This document shows positions 6,740 through 14,220 of a DNA stretch of 20,000 bases, one piece after another. Each line of letters starts with the position of its first letter. Position 1 is the first letter of the stretch. The translations under genes were made by a program, and so were the position numbers. The DNA is from an uncultured virus (IMG/VR IMGVR_UViG_3300037420_001751) (taxonomy: Duplodnaviria > Heunggongvirae > Uroviricota > Caudoviricetes), in IMG/VR virus record IMGVR_UViG_3300037420_001751. One strand, written 5' to 3'. A model generated the notes under the pieces. The model worked only from the letters and a program-made list of their open reading frames with translations, was not told the origin of the DNA and ran no database searches.

Positions 6740-7201
6740 CTATTTGGGTGGATTGCGCTGCGCTAGGTGCAATCGGCGCTTGAAAGAACGCCGATAATCG
6801 ATGATTTTCGTGTGTTTTTTCGAGTTGCAGAGGGCGCAGAGGGGCTGGATATTGCGGATACCGTTGCTCCCGCCCTTGATAAGCGGTACCACATGGTCGG
6901 GAGTGAGTTTCTTGTTACCACACAAGCACGAGACGCAGCGGAACTGATATTTCGCCTTTAGGGCTTCCCATTCGGTTGCGGTATAGTGCTCGCCACCCTG
7001 CACTAATCGCCATCGTCGCCGAGATTGGTACGCGTTGTACTGATTTTGATTCCTTTTCCGGTGATTGTGCTGAGTTTCGTAGTTGCGGGCTGAGTTTTTC
7101 CTGCGCCAGGCACGCTGATAAGCAGCCCAATGAACCGCGCAGTAGGCGCGATTCATAGGCCGATCTTGGCGGCAACGCGGATGGCAGCACTTGGGGTGCA
7201 A
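6740..7201 (-). CDS. HNH endonuclease (start TTG 7201 or ATG 7156)
   Basis: CVSC...LTPDHVVPLIKGGSNGIRNIQPLCALCNSKKH; N-terminal C-x-C-x-CxxH cluster and Arg-rich helix. Confidence 0.9.
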   Translation of the reverse strand: MHPKCCHPRCRQDRPMNRAYCAVHWAAYQRAWRRKNSARNYETQHNHRKRNQNQYNAYQSRRRWRLVQGGEHYTATEWEALKAKYQFRCVSCLCGNKKLTPDHVVPLIKGGSNGIRNIQPLCALCNSKKHTKIIDYRRSFKRRLHLAQRNPPK

Positions 7202-7619
7202 TGAGGGTAGTATCGTGCACCCGCTGCTGGGTGGCAATGATGAACCGCACGAAATCCGGGTTGCGCAAGAGAAAATCCGCCCATTCCACACCCGCAAAGT
7301 AGATACCAGGGTGCGTTCTGTTCGTAGGGGACACGTTGTTGTAGACGGAATCACCACCTTTGTCACAGGCGATGGCATGAAACAGCTCATGCGTGAGCAG
7401 CGTGAACGTATCTCTCTCCTCTTGGTTGTTCAAAATGAAGATTTCATGCTGGGCGCAACGGGTGAGCGCAAGAAAATCCGGCTCTCCAGACATTTCCTGC
7501 ATCTTTTTCTTGTTGGTATAGCTGATTTTCCAATTTTCGCCGCGAATTTTCACAGGAGTGGGGAGGGAAAGGGCGTGCGCGGCAATGACAAAGAGGAAAA
7601 CCGTGAGGAGGTACCGCAT
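6915..7619 (-). CDS. HEXXH zinc metallopeptidase-like protein with signal peptide
   Basis: TLLTHELFHAI motif; hydrophobic N-terminus MRYLLTVFLFVIAAHA; C-terminal tail overlaps the HNH gene. Confidence 0.75.
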   Translation of the reverse strand: MRYLLTVFLFVIAAHALSLPTPVKIRGENWKISYTNKKKMQEMSGEPDFLALTRCAQHEIFILNNQEERDTFTLLTHELFHAIACDKGGDSVYNNVSPTNRTHPGIYFAGVEWADFLLRNPDFVRFIIATQQRVHDTTLIAPQVLPSALPPRSAYESRLLRGSLGCLSACLAQEKLSPQLRNSAQSPEKESKSVQRVPISATMAISAGWRALYRNRMGSPKGEISVPLRLVLVW

Positions 7620-7759
7620 GGGTGCATTGTCGGAGGCCCAAAATGTAAAAGCCAGCAGGTGAAACATGAGGTGACCCGCTGGCTCTTAACGACGGCAAAC
7701 CTTCCTTAGCAAAACATCGTCTTTTAGGAGAATTTCCTTTCTTATAACTTTGAAGTCGG

Positions 7760-7800
7760 AAACTTAAAGCGGCCCAACCACTTTCGTCAGTTAGGCCGCT
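7760..7800 (-). terminator. Probable terminator hairpin
   Basis: AGCGGCCTAACT...GAAA...GGTTGGGCCGCT followed by TTAAGTTT. Confidence 0.55.
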
Positions 7801-7818
7801 CGCGGTCCTCCGCTACAG

Positions 7819-7968
7819 CTATTTTACTGCGCGGGTGCGCTTGCGGCGCGGCGTTTTACGTGCGAGCGCCGCCTTCCAAGCTATGTACTGCTGCTTCGTG
7901 AGCACGCGGCGGAGGAACGCCTCGTTCAAGCGTGACAGCGGGGGCGGGAACTGGATAAGTGTGCCCAC
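7819..7968 (-). CDS. Small basic hypothetical protein
   Basis: GTG start 7 nt after extended -10 TG-C-TACACT; Arg/Lys-rich C-terminus. Confidence 0.5.
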   Translation of the reverse strand: MGTLIQFPPPLSRLNEAFLRRVLTKQQYIAWKAALARKTPRRKRTRAVK

Positions 7969-7984
7969 GCTGGCAAGTGTAGCA

Positions 7985-8863
7985 TCAACTTCCGTACGAG
8001 TAGTCCAAATCGTCAAACGCCACGCTGAAAGGTTGACCCTTCGCGTTGGTACCGATCTGGAGCTGCATGTGGAGGCCCTCGGACCAGCTAGTCATCGTCG
8101 GGGATTGGCTTGTGAACTTTCCCGCTGGAATCGGATAGCGGACTCCGTTCAGCGTTAACGCGACGTATCCAAAATCCGCGCTCTTGGTGTTGAAGCGATA
8201 CTCCCACTGGAACACGTTCCACTGGTTTGAGATGAGCTTAGGAACCGAAATCACGTCCTGCCAGCCCTTGTTTCCGGAAGCGTCGTTCACCAACTGCAGC
8301 ATGCCGCCCTTCGCGTAGTTGATCTGGGACGAAAGGTTGTACTTGTATCCTGCCTTGGTCAGCAGGGTATCGAACTCCAGCGCTTGCATCCCGGCCGCGG
8401 CTCGGTCGTCGTGGAAGATTCGACCCGTCCAAACCAGCCTTCCGCCCTCCCGCTCCACCGGGCGGCGATGCAGGTGGACAAGGAAACCTGAGTAGTCGCC
8501 CGCTAGCGATTTATCAAAGTAAAGCACCAACGCGCGGTCACTGCCTCCGACCTTCTGCATCTGGCGGAAACCGTAATCCATCCCTTGAACCAGCTTGGGG
8601 TTGAGCGGCGCAATATCCGGTCCCACGCCAATCAAAAGATCCACGTGCAAGTGACAGTCGTGCATTCCGGAAACTGGGGTGAGTTGTTGGTCCAGCCTTT
8701 GCTGGAGATTTAGGTTCAACGCGGCCGCGGTGTCGACGGCTTGTTGCAGTTCGTTGATCTGGGTGGTGGCGTCCTGTGCGAGAACATCAATTTTGTCTGT
8801 GATCGGTTTGAGAAAGTCAGCAACTGTTTGCTTAGCGGAATCGTACGTTCCTTGGATTGACAT
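7985..8863 (-). CDS. Hypothetical protein: N-terminal coiled coil plus probable beta-sandwich (lectin/lyase-like) domain
   Basis: 292 aa; Gln/Leu heptads in the first ~60 aa; aromatic beta-rich C-terminus (NQWNVFQWEYRF...LTLNG...FDDLDY). Confidence 0.7.
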   Translation of the reverse strand: MSIQGTYDSAKQTVADFLKPITDKIDVLAQDATTQINELQQAVDTAAALNLNLQQRLDQQLTPVSGMHDCHLHVDLLIGVGPDIAPLNPKLVQGMDYGFRQMQKVGGSDRALVLYFDKSLAGDYSGFLVHLHRRPVEREGGRLVWTGRIFHDDRAAAGMQALEFDTLLTKAGYKYNLSSQINYAKGGMLQLVNDASGNKGWQDVISVPKLISNQWNVFQWEYRFNTKSADFGYVALTLNGVRYPIPAGKFTSQSPTMTSWSEGLHMQLQIGTNAKGQPFSVAFDDLDYSYGS

Positions 8864-8871
8864 GCTGCGAG

Positions 8872-9138
8872 TATAGCAGCTTCTAAGGTCGCATGCTAGG
8901 TTCTTTTCTTTCCACGACCACTACATTCATCCCGGACATGTATGGGAGGAAACTTTCTACTGTCGCGGCGACACGCGGCATGAATCCGTGTATCCAGCGT
9001 AAGCACTCGTCCACCAGCGTGACGTCGGTTCGTTCGGGAGCGTATATCTCAATACAGTACTCGGCCACCTTGACCATGGGGAACCATCCTTTGCTCGGGG
9101 CCCTCTTGATACATGAAGCATTATAGCAGCTTCTAAGG
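8872..9138 (-). repeat. 17-bp direct repeat at two extended -10 promoters (8872-8888, 9122-9138)
   Basis: CCTTAGAAGCTGCTATA occurs twice on the minus strand, continuing as TATACT and TATAAT. Confidence 0.75.
8883..9077 (-). CDS. Hypothetical protein
   Basis: 64 aa ORF between the two repeated promoters; AAGGA upstream. Confidence 0.5.
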   Translation of the reverse strand: MVKVAEYCIEIYAPERTDVTLVDECLRWIHGFMPRVAATVESFLPYMSGMNVVVVERKEPSMRP

Positions 9139-9210
9139 AACTCTAGCGTTATGAAAATTTTTCCATATAGTGAGATTCTTGGTGTGGGGGCCGTGGCTCA
9201 ACGATCGATC

Positions 9211-9242
9211 AAAAAAGCGGGGGTACCCCATGAGTTACCCCC
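9211..9242 (-). terminator. Rho-independent terminator
   Basis: GGGGGTA...TACCCCC then GCTTTTTT. Confidence 0.65.
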
Positions 9243-9253
9243 TAACCTTCGCG

Positions 9254-9409
9254 TTAGTCGAGCTTGGTGTTCCGCAAGAGAGCCCAGTAGCAGCGTATCT
9301 GATAGATGCACTCACGCACCTCAGGCGCTGCGTTAAGAAAGGCAAACTCCAAGAACCCTATCTCTGCGATAGGTCGCTCCGCTTCTGTGTCCATCCACGC
9401 CAGTGACAT
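9254..9409 (-). CDS. Hypothetical protein (51 aa)
   Basis: GGAGG RBS before ATG at 9409; followed by a terminator. Confidence 0.5.
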   Translation of the reverse strand: MSLAWMDTEAERPIAEIGFLEFAFLNAAPEVRECIYQIRCYWALLRNTKLD

Positions 9410-9468
9410 ACTTGCCTCCACCAAACACCAGCTAACGCTGGGGTTAGGTGGGGACAAGCCCCACCCTG

Positions 9469-9768
9469 CTACTTGGCCATATACGTGACGTGACGTCCCT
9501 CGCGCTTCTTGCTGATGGCAAAGTCGCGCTCATCGGGGAGCCGGCTCAGCTGCGCACGCACCGTGATTTGCATGCCCTCGCGCTTGCGGTCGGGGAACTG
9601 CTTCTGCAGCGTGTCGAGGATGCCCGCGACCGTGACCGGCTTTTTCTTTGCCTTCGCCTCGGTCAGCTGCGTGATGATGCTGGCGATAATGCCCGGCTGC
9701 GCGGTCGTCGTTGCGTTGGCTTTGGCTGTAACTGCTTGCTGGGGAGCTGCTGCTTTGTGCTTTGACAT
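9469..9768 (-). CDS. Small basic putative DNA-binding (winged-helix-like) protein, paralog 1
   Basis: Shares QPGIIA.I...L..AK...KPVT...ILD.L.K.FPDR...GM.ITVRAQLSRLP...REGR.VTY with 10108-10431; own promoter TAGACA-17-TACATT (9855-9827). Confidence 0.75.
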   Translation of the reverse strand: MSKHKAAAPQQAVTAKANATTTAQPGIIASIITQLTEAKAKKKPVTVAGILDTLQKQFPDRKREGMQITVRAQLSRLPDERDFAISKKREGRHVTYMAK

Positions 9769-10052
9769 ACTGTGTTTGTCCTGTGCTTTAGCTAACTGCG
9801 CGTTGTGCGCTTGTTGCTATGTGTCCAATGTACGCTTACCCGGATAAGTTGTCTACCTGGTACTTGCATGTCGTTAGTACCATACTGCCGGAGGTCCTTG
9901 AGTACCATGCGAGCCGGTGATTCAGCTGATACCTCACGTGACTTCACAAGTAGTTACTGATCGGCTGACATATCACGAGACGAACCAACCAGCAGATGAG
10001 TCACAAGAATCGTCGTGTAGCGCGTACCACCGGAAATATCAGAGCTAAAGGC

Positions 10053-10083
10053 AAAAAGAACCCGCCGGCTTTCACCAGCGGGT
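10053..10083 (-). terminator. Rho-independent terminator
   Basis: ACCCGCTGG-TGAAAG-CCGGCGGGT then TCTTTTT. Confidence 0.8.
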
Positions 10084-10107
10084 GCGGCACAGGACGTACC
10101 GGTCTTT

Positions 10108-10431
10108 TTAGGCGGCCGCGTAGGTGACCACGCGCCCTTCGCGATGCTTCTTGATCTTCAGGTCCTTCTCGCGCGGCAGACGCGAGAGCTGGGCGCGGAC
10201 GGTGATCATCATTCCCGACGCTTCGCGGTCAGGGAACTTCTTCGCCAGGTGATCGAGGATCTGCTTCGAAGTGACCGGCTTGCCGTTCTCCTTGGCCTTC
10301 TTCAGCGTGGTGACGATCTCGGCGATGATACCAGGCTGCGCCGTGGTCTCCGCGTTCTGCTTGCTGTTCGCCGCGACTGCTTCCGCTGCCTTGGTGCTAT
10401 TCTTTTTGGCCTTCACTGCTTTGGTGGACAT
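10108..10431 (-). CDS. Small basic putative DNA-binding protein, paralog 2
   Basis: Lys/Ala-rich N-tail and the same core as 9469-9768; promoter TTGTAG-17-TAGGAT (10532-10504); RBS CACAGGAG. Confidence 0.8.
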   Translation of the reverse strand: MSTKAVKAKKNSTKAAEAVAANSKQNAETTAQPGIIAEIVTTLKKAKENGKPVTSKQILDHLAKKFPDREASGMMITVRAQLSRLPREKDLKIKKHREGRVVTYAAA

Positions 10432-10661
10432 ACTGTGTTCTCCTGTGCTGTTTGGCTAGGGTGCGCGGTAGCGTTGCCCCGCGTCCCTGCTAGCAATGTG
10501 TACATCCTAATATGGGCAACGCTACCCTACAAGGTAAATCGAAAAATATTTTGGGGTCGAAAGGTTCCAGGTAATTTGACCGCGGCTAGAGGTCAGCTGA
10601 CGAATCGGCTGAATCGTCATTTTTGGATTAGTAACCACCTGACGAATCATTCGCTATCGAT

Positions 10662-10690
10662 AAAAAGAGGCCGGGTGACAAACCCGGCCT
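10662..10690 (-). terminator. Rho-independent terminator
   Basis: AGGCCGGGT-TTGTC-ACCCGGCCT then CTTTTT. Confidence 0.8.
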
Positions 10691-10697
10691 GTTTGCA

Positions 10698-11006
10698 TCA
10701 GTTGATATAGTCGCAAGACCCATTGTGCCCTTGCTTCTTGGTGCAGTACAGCTTTCCGTCACCGGGCGAATCAAACAACTTCGCGCAGATGGTATAACCA
10801 TACGCGTCGTTCAACTCGCCAACGAGACGCTGCGAGATCTTTTCAGGGGACTCATCCAGTTCAGCGACCTGTAAGTACAGGATGAAGTCTTGTACCAAGC
10901 TCTCGTCAGTCATCTTTTCGTCAGCAAAATCATCATTTTCCCCAGCCTCGTCGCAGTACTCATCGACGAGGCTCAGCAGATACTTCCTCGCTTGTTTCTC
11001 GGTCAT
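10698..11006 (-). CDS. Acidic hypothetical protein with C-terminal Cys/His cluster
   Basis: 102 aa; AAGGA RBS; C..C.KKQGH.G.C tail. Confidence 0.65.
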   Translation of the reverse strand: MTEKQARKYLLSLVDEYCDEAGENDDFADEKMTDESLVQDFILYLQVAELDESPEKISQRLVGELNDAYGYTICAKLFDSPGDGKLYCTKKQGHNGSCDYIN

Positions 11007-11188
11007 TTGCTAAATCCTTTCACCGCGCAGCGCCGTTTCGGGTGACGTGCCTGCACGCGTTGGTCCTCGGGTGTAATGAACATCTTCCAAGCAGCTAGCG
11101 TTGTAGCTGCCAGAAGACACATCAATGCAAGACCCGTGCACGTGTACACGGCATCAAACACTGCTTGTGACATACTTTGATCTACCAT
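11003..11188 (-). CDS. Small membrane protein
   Basis: One hydrophobic segment; CACAGGAGCACAGGAC RBS. Confidence 0.55.
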   Translation of the reverse strand: MVDQSMSQAVFDAVYTCTGLALMCLLAATTLAAWKMFITPEDQRVQARHPKRRCAVKGFSK

Positions 11189-11206
11189 TGTCCTGTGCTC
11201 CTGTGT

Positions 11207-11395
11207 TTAGTTGACCTGTACGCCCGCGTACAACCAGCAGTTGACCACGTTCGCTGCTTCGTCCCACTCGGTAAACGTCCGCGTGCAGAGTTTGACACCG
11301 TCCGCGTCAATCAAGTCAAACTCAAAAACTTCGACATCTGCGGTCCCGATGCGCTGCACGCTTGTGGTGACGATTACTTTGCGTTTGTTAGGCAT
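11207..11395 (-). CDS. Hypothetical protein (start MPNKRK)
   Basis: CACAGGAG RBS and promoter TTGTGT-17-TATGCT (11458-11430). Confidence 0.6.
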   Translation of the reverse strand: MPNKRKVIVTTSVQRIGTADVEVFEFDLIDADGVKLCTRTFTEWDEAANVVNCWLYAGVQVN

Positions 11396-11460
11396 TTGCT
11401 GTGCTCCTGTGCTTTGAACTACTGTGCGCAGCATAGTCCGTCTACGCTGCGCACACAAGG

Positions 11461-11808
11461 TTAAGCTGCCGCTGCTAGTTTGTCCGCGAGCGCTTGCGTT
11501 TTGACCATAAACGGTTCGAGCTTCGTAGTGTAGTCTGAGATGACATCGTAGCCATCGTTTCCGTAGACAAGTCGCACCCAGCCTCCGCCCTCTTTCTTGT
11601 AGGCATAGAGGAAATCTTGGTCCGTGTTCATCAGCGCGTCCAGAATAGCTTTCCGGTCGGCGGACGCAGTGGGCAGCACCAGGCCATCACCATCGTCCAC
11701 GTTAAGCAGGAAGCTATGCTCCAACAGTTCGTCCACGAGCTGCGTGATAATACGCTGCTCCATTTGCTGCCGCGCCTTCACCTTGGGGTCCGTTGCTCCT
11801 AGATACAT
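11461..11808 (-). CDS. Hypothetical phage protein
   Basis: CACAGGAGG RBS; promoter TTGTGT-17-TATGTT (11860-11832); motif GWVRLVYGNDGYDVISDY; ends KLAAAA. Confidence 0.75.
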   Translation of the reverse strand: MYLGATDPKVKARQQMEQRIITQLVDELLEHSFLLNVDDGDGLVLPTASADRKAILDALMNTDQDFLYAYKKEGGGWVRLVYGNDGYDVISDYTTKLEPFMVKTQALADKLAAAA

Positions 11809-12009
11809 ACGCACCTCCTGTGCATGCTTCCAACATATATGTTAGAGGCTGCGCACACAAGGTTATGGTTCGTTTGCCGGAGACCCGCCTCAGCTGACTT
11901 TTCAGCTGACATCTCATCAACACACTCGGCTGACAAATCAGAGGCGTGTGTACATGGGGGTGTAGCAGCAGAACTATCAGCAGATATACCCTGTCGTACC
12001 ACAGGAGAT

Positions 12010-12495
12010 TTAATCTGAAGGCAATTCAGCCGATGAATCTTCTGATTTACCCTCAGCTTCTATCGTTTCGTTCAGCACATCCAACACCGGCCCCGGAGGA
12101 AGAGGAACTAAACACTCTTCTTCAGCGCCGGGCAGGGGTTCACTGTCCTGGGCCACACCAAAGAGGATGGGGGCCCCGTCAGTTCCGGAGAGCTCGATGG
12201 CCTTACGTTTCGGATACATGTAGGACAACAACTCCGCGGCGGCCTTAACCCGGTCACAGGCTTCGGGCTGCGGCTGAAGGACGATTGTTGTTCCATCCTC
12301 ATTCAGTTTGCGGCCGGAGGCAATCTCCATCAGCACCTGAATGGGGTCGCAATCCAGGCCTTTCAGCTGAAGTTCTTCCACGCGGTTAAAGAAAAGCTGC
12401 GTTGCCTGGGAGCGGTTAATGCCTTTCTTAGCGGTCAGCGCTTTGCGGAATTCGATCTGGTGGCGGGTGATTTTATCGTTCAGATTCACTGACAT
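12010..12495 (-). CDS. terS: Terminase small subunit (putative)
   Basis: DPIQVLMEIA and RVKAAAELLSYMYPKRKAIELSGTDGAPI resemble TerS C-terminal motifs; GGAGG RBS before ATG 12495; first gene of the arm that leads to terL. Confidence 0.7.
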   Translation of the reverse strand: MSVNLNDKITRHQIEFRKALTAKKGINRSQATQLFFNRVEELQLKGLDCDPIQVLMEIASGRKLNEDGTTIVLQPQPEACDRVKAAAELLSYMYPKRKAIELSGTDGAPILFGVAQDSEPLPGAEEECLVPLPPGPVLDVLNETIEAEGKSEDSSAELPSD

Positions 12496-12549
12496 GGGCC
12501 TTGGGCCTCCGGCGAAAAACAGTGTATTACCGGCGGAATTTGTCCGCAA

Positions 12550-13115
12550 ATGAGTCCATTGTTCTTGGTCAATGGTCGGAGGTCAATTTTGGATTAGTAA
12601 CCACTTTTGGATAATTTCGACCTGAAGAAATGTCATCTGGTATAGCGGATGGTAAACCAGATGGTGAACCAGTGGTTTTTGCACTCTCCGGAAAACAACG
12701 GTGTATGCGGTGTCATGTAGGTATAGCAAGTTTTTGAAGTACTGGGTCGTGGATTGAAGGACGGGGGAAACATTGTCATGAGACCTGTAGGTTTCCACCG
12801 TCCATTAGTGTCAGGTGCTGACACCGTACTAAAAGCTGTACTGTCTATGGTTTACCCTGTTTTGGTGTCAGCGTGTCAGCACTTTTGGGATTTTATTCAA
12901 TCCACGACTCGCTATTTTTAAAAGTTGCATAGTAAGCGCCCGCTGGCACCTCCGGCCTCCAGCCTCCGCCTAACTCACTCATACCAAAGTCATTACCACC
13001 AAAAACATCCACTAACAGCCGTGTCTACCATTTTTGGTAATGTACACCCAAGACACCAAAAGGCACCCGTTCTCGGGCAAATTTACATTTAAAAATAATT
13101 GAGTTAATTTTAATA
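12550..13115. promoter_or_regulatory. Divergent non-coding control region with repeats (candidate packaging site, genome end or origin)
   Basis: No credible ORF; lower GC; GATGGTRAACCA x2 (12648-12671); GTGTCAG-N3-CTGACAC (12808-12824); GTGTCAGC x2 (12865-12880). Confidence 0.5.
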
Positions 13116-13118
13116 CCT

Positions 13119-13403
13119 ATGGGCAGACATCAACTAAGGACGACCTTCCTCCCCACACAGTACCGCGCGTTTGTGGACCGGCGCATGGGGTGGAAGCGCC
13201 AATTTGCCATGGAGAAGCTCAAGATCCTTGGCAAGATCTCCACGCAAGACTTTTACCGGATTTTGAAATCCGAACCCGCTCGCCCCGACGAAGTGAGCTT
13301 GATCGCCTTTGCTATCTGGGAGTACGCGTCCACGTTGCCGGAGAGCATCCTCTCCAAGGCGGATCGCGCTGAACTCGACCCCAATTTGCAGGGCATCCGA
13401 TGA
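13119..13403 (+). CDS. Hypothetical protein
   Basis: First ORF of the right arm; 4-nt overlap with the next gene. Confidence 0.65.
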   Translation: MGRHQLRTTFLPTQYRAFVDRRMGWKRQFAMEKLKILGKISTQDFYRILKSEPARPDEVSLIAFAIWEYASTLPESILSKADRAELDPNLQGIR

Positions 13404-13858
13404 GTAAGAAACTCGGCTTTACCGGAACCCGCAGCGGTATGACGGATGAGCAAGAATCCGCCTTCGAGCGGATTCTTAATCATCACCGCCCCAGCGAAGC
13501 GCATCACGGCGACTGTGTGGGCGCTGACCACGATTTTTATCTTCTGCTCCTCGCCTTGCGCACCGAAGGAGACTCCGAAGTCATGTCCTGGTCTCGGAAC
13601 TGCAAGCTCGTGCTGCACCCACCAGATAAAAAATACAACCGCGCCTTCTGCGGCTGGGATGAATGTCGGCCTCCAGCCCCGTATCTCGTGCGGGACCACG
13701 AGATGGTGGATGAAATCGACGTCCTTCTCGCCTGTCCCAAGAACGATCAGGAACAACTGCGTTCTGGAACGTGGGCGACGGTACGTTACGCTCGCCAGCA
13801 ACGCAAGCACATCATTATCGTCTGGCCCGACGGCACGGTGCAGGAGGAACACCCATGA
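13400..13858 (+). CDS. SLOG superfamily (DprA/YspA-like) nucleotide-binding protein
   Basis: GFTGTR, HHGDCVGAD, RDHEMVD, RSGTWATVRYA motifs. Confidence 0.8.
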   Translation: MSKKLGFTGTRSGMTDEQESAFERILNHHRPSEAHHGDCVGADHDFYLLLLALRTEGDSEVMSWSRNCKLVLHPPDKKYNRAFCGWDECRPPAPYLVRDHEMVDEIDVLLACPKNDQEQLRSGTWATVRYARQQRKHIIIVWPDGTVQEEHP

Positions 13859-14220
13859 ACTTCGGTGAAAGAATCATGGACTGGATATGCGACCACTTAT
13901 TACCGTGGTTCATAATCCTGTGCATTGTGGCAATATTCGTTATGGTGGGGGTCGGGGTCTATGCCGGCTATCAGGACCTGGTGAACAACGATCCCATCAC
14001 CGAAGGGGTGGTCGTGGATAAGCAGTACTACCCACCGTCCACGTCCTACATCCAATCCGGCAAGGTAATGGTTCCCATTACTATGCCAGAACGATACGTT
14101 GTCACCCTGCAGGGCATCACGAAGAACAAACACGTGCTCACCCGCCACGACTACACCCTAACCCGCGACCAGTGGGAGCAAACCCCACTCGGCGCAACGC
14201 TACCAGTGGAGGAAAAATGA
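13855..14220 (+). CDS. Membrane-anchored hypothetical protein
   Basis: GGAGG RBS; N-terminal TM helix; EGVVVDKQYYP beta-rich domain. Confidence 0.7.
   Translation: MNFGERIMDWICDHLLPWFIILCIVAIFVMVGVGVYAGYQDLVNNDPITEGVVVDKQYYPPSTSYIQSGKVMVPITMPERYVVTLQGITKNKHVLTRHDYTLTRDQWEQTPLGATLPVEEK

Noticed and set aside
7760..7800. Hammerhead ribozyme (CTGACGA core on the minus strand)
   Set aside because: No GAAA after a stem II in the required position; a simple terminator-like hairpin explains the sequence
9900..12900. CRISPR array or mini-array from the intergenic repeats
   Set aside because: Repeats are 8-23 bp, not regularly interspaced by spacer-length unique sequence, and no cas genes are present
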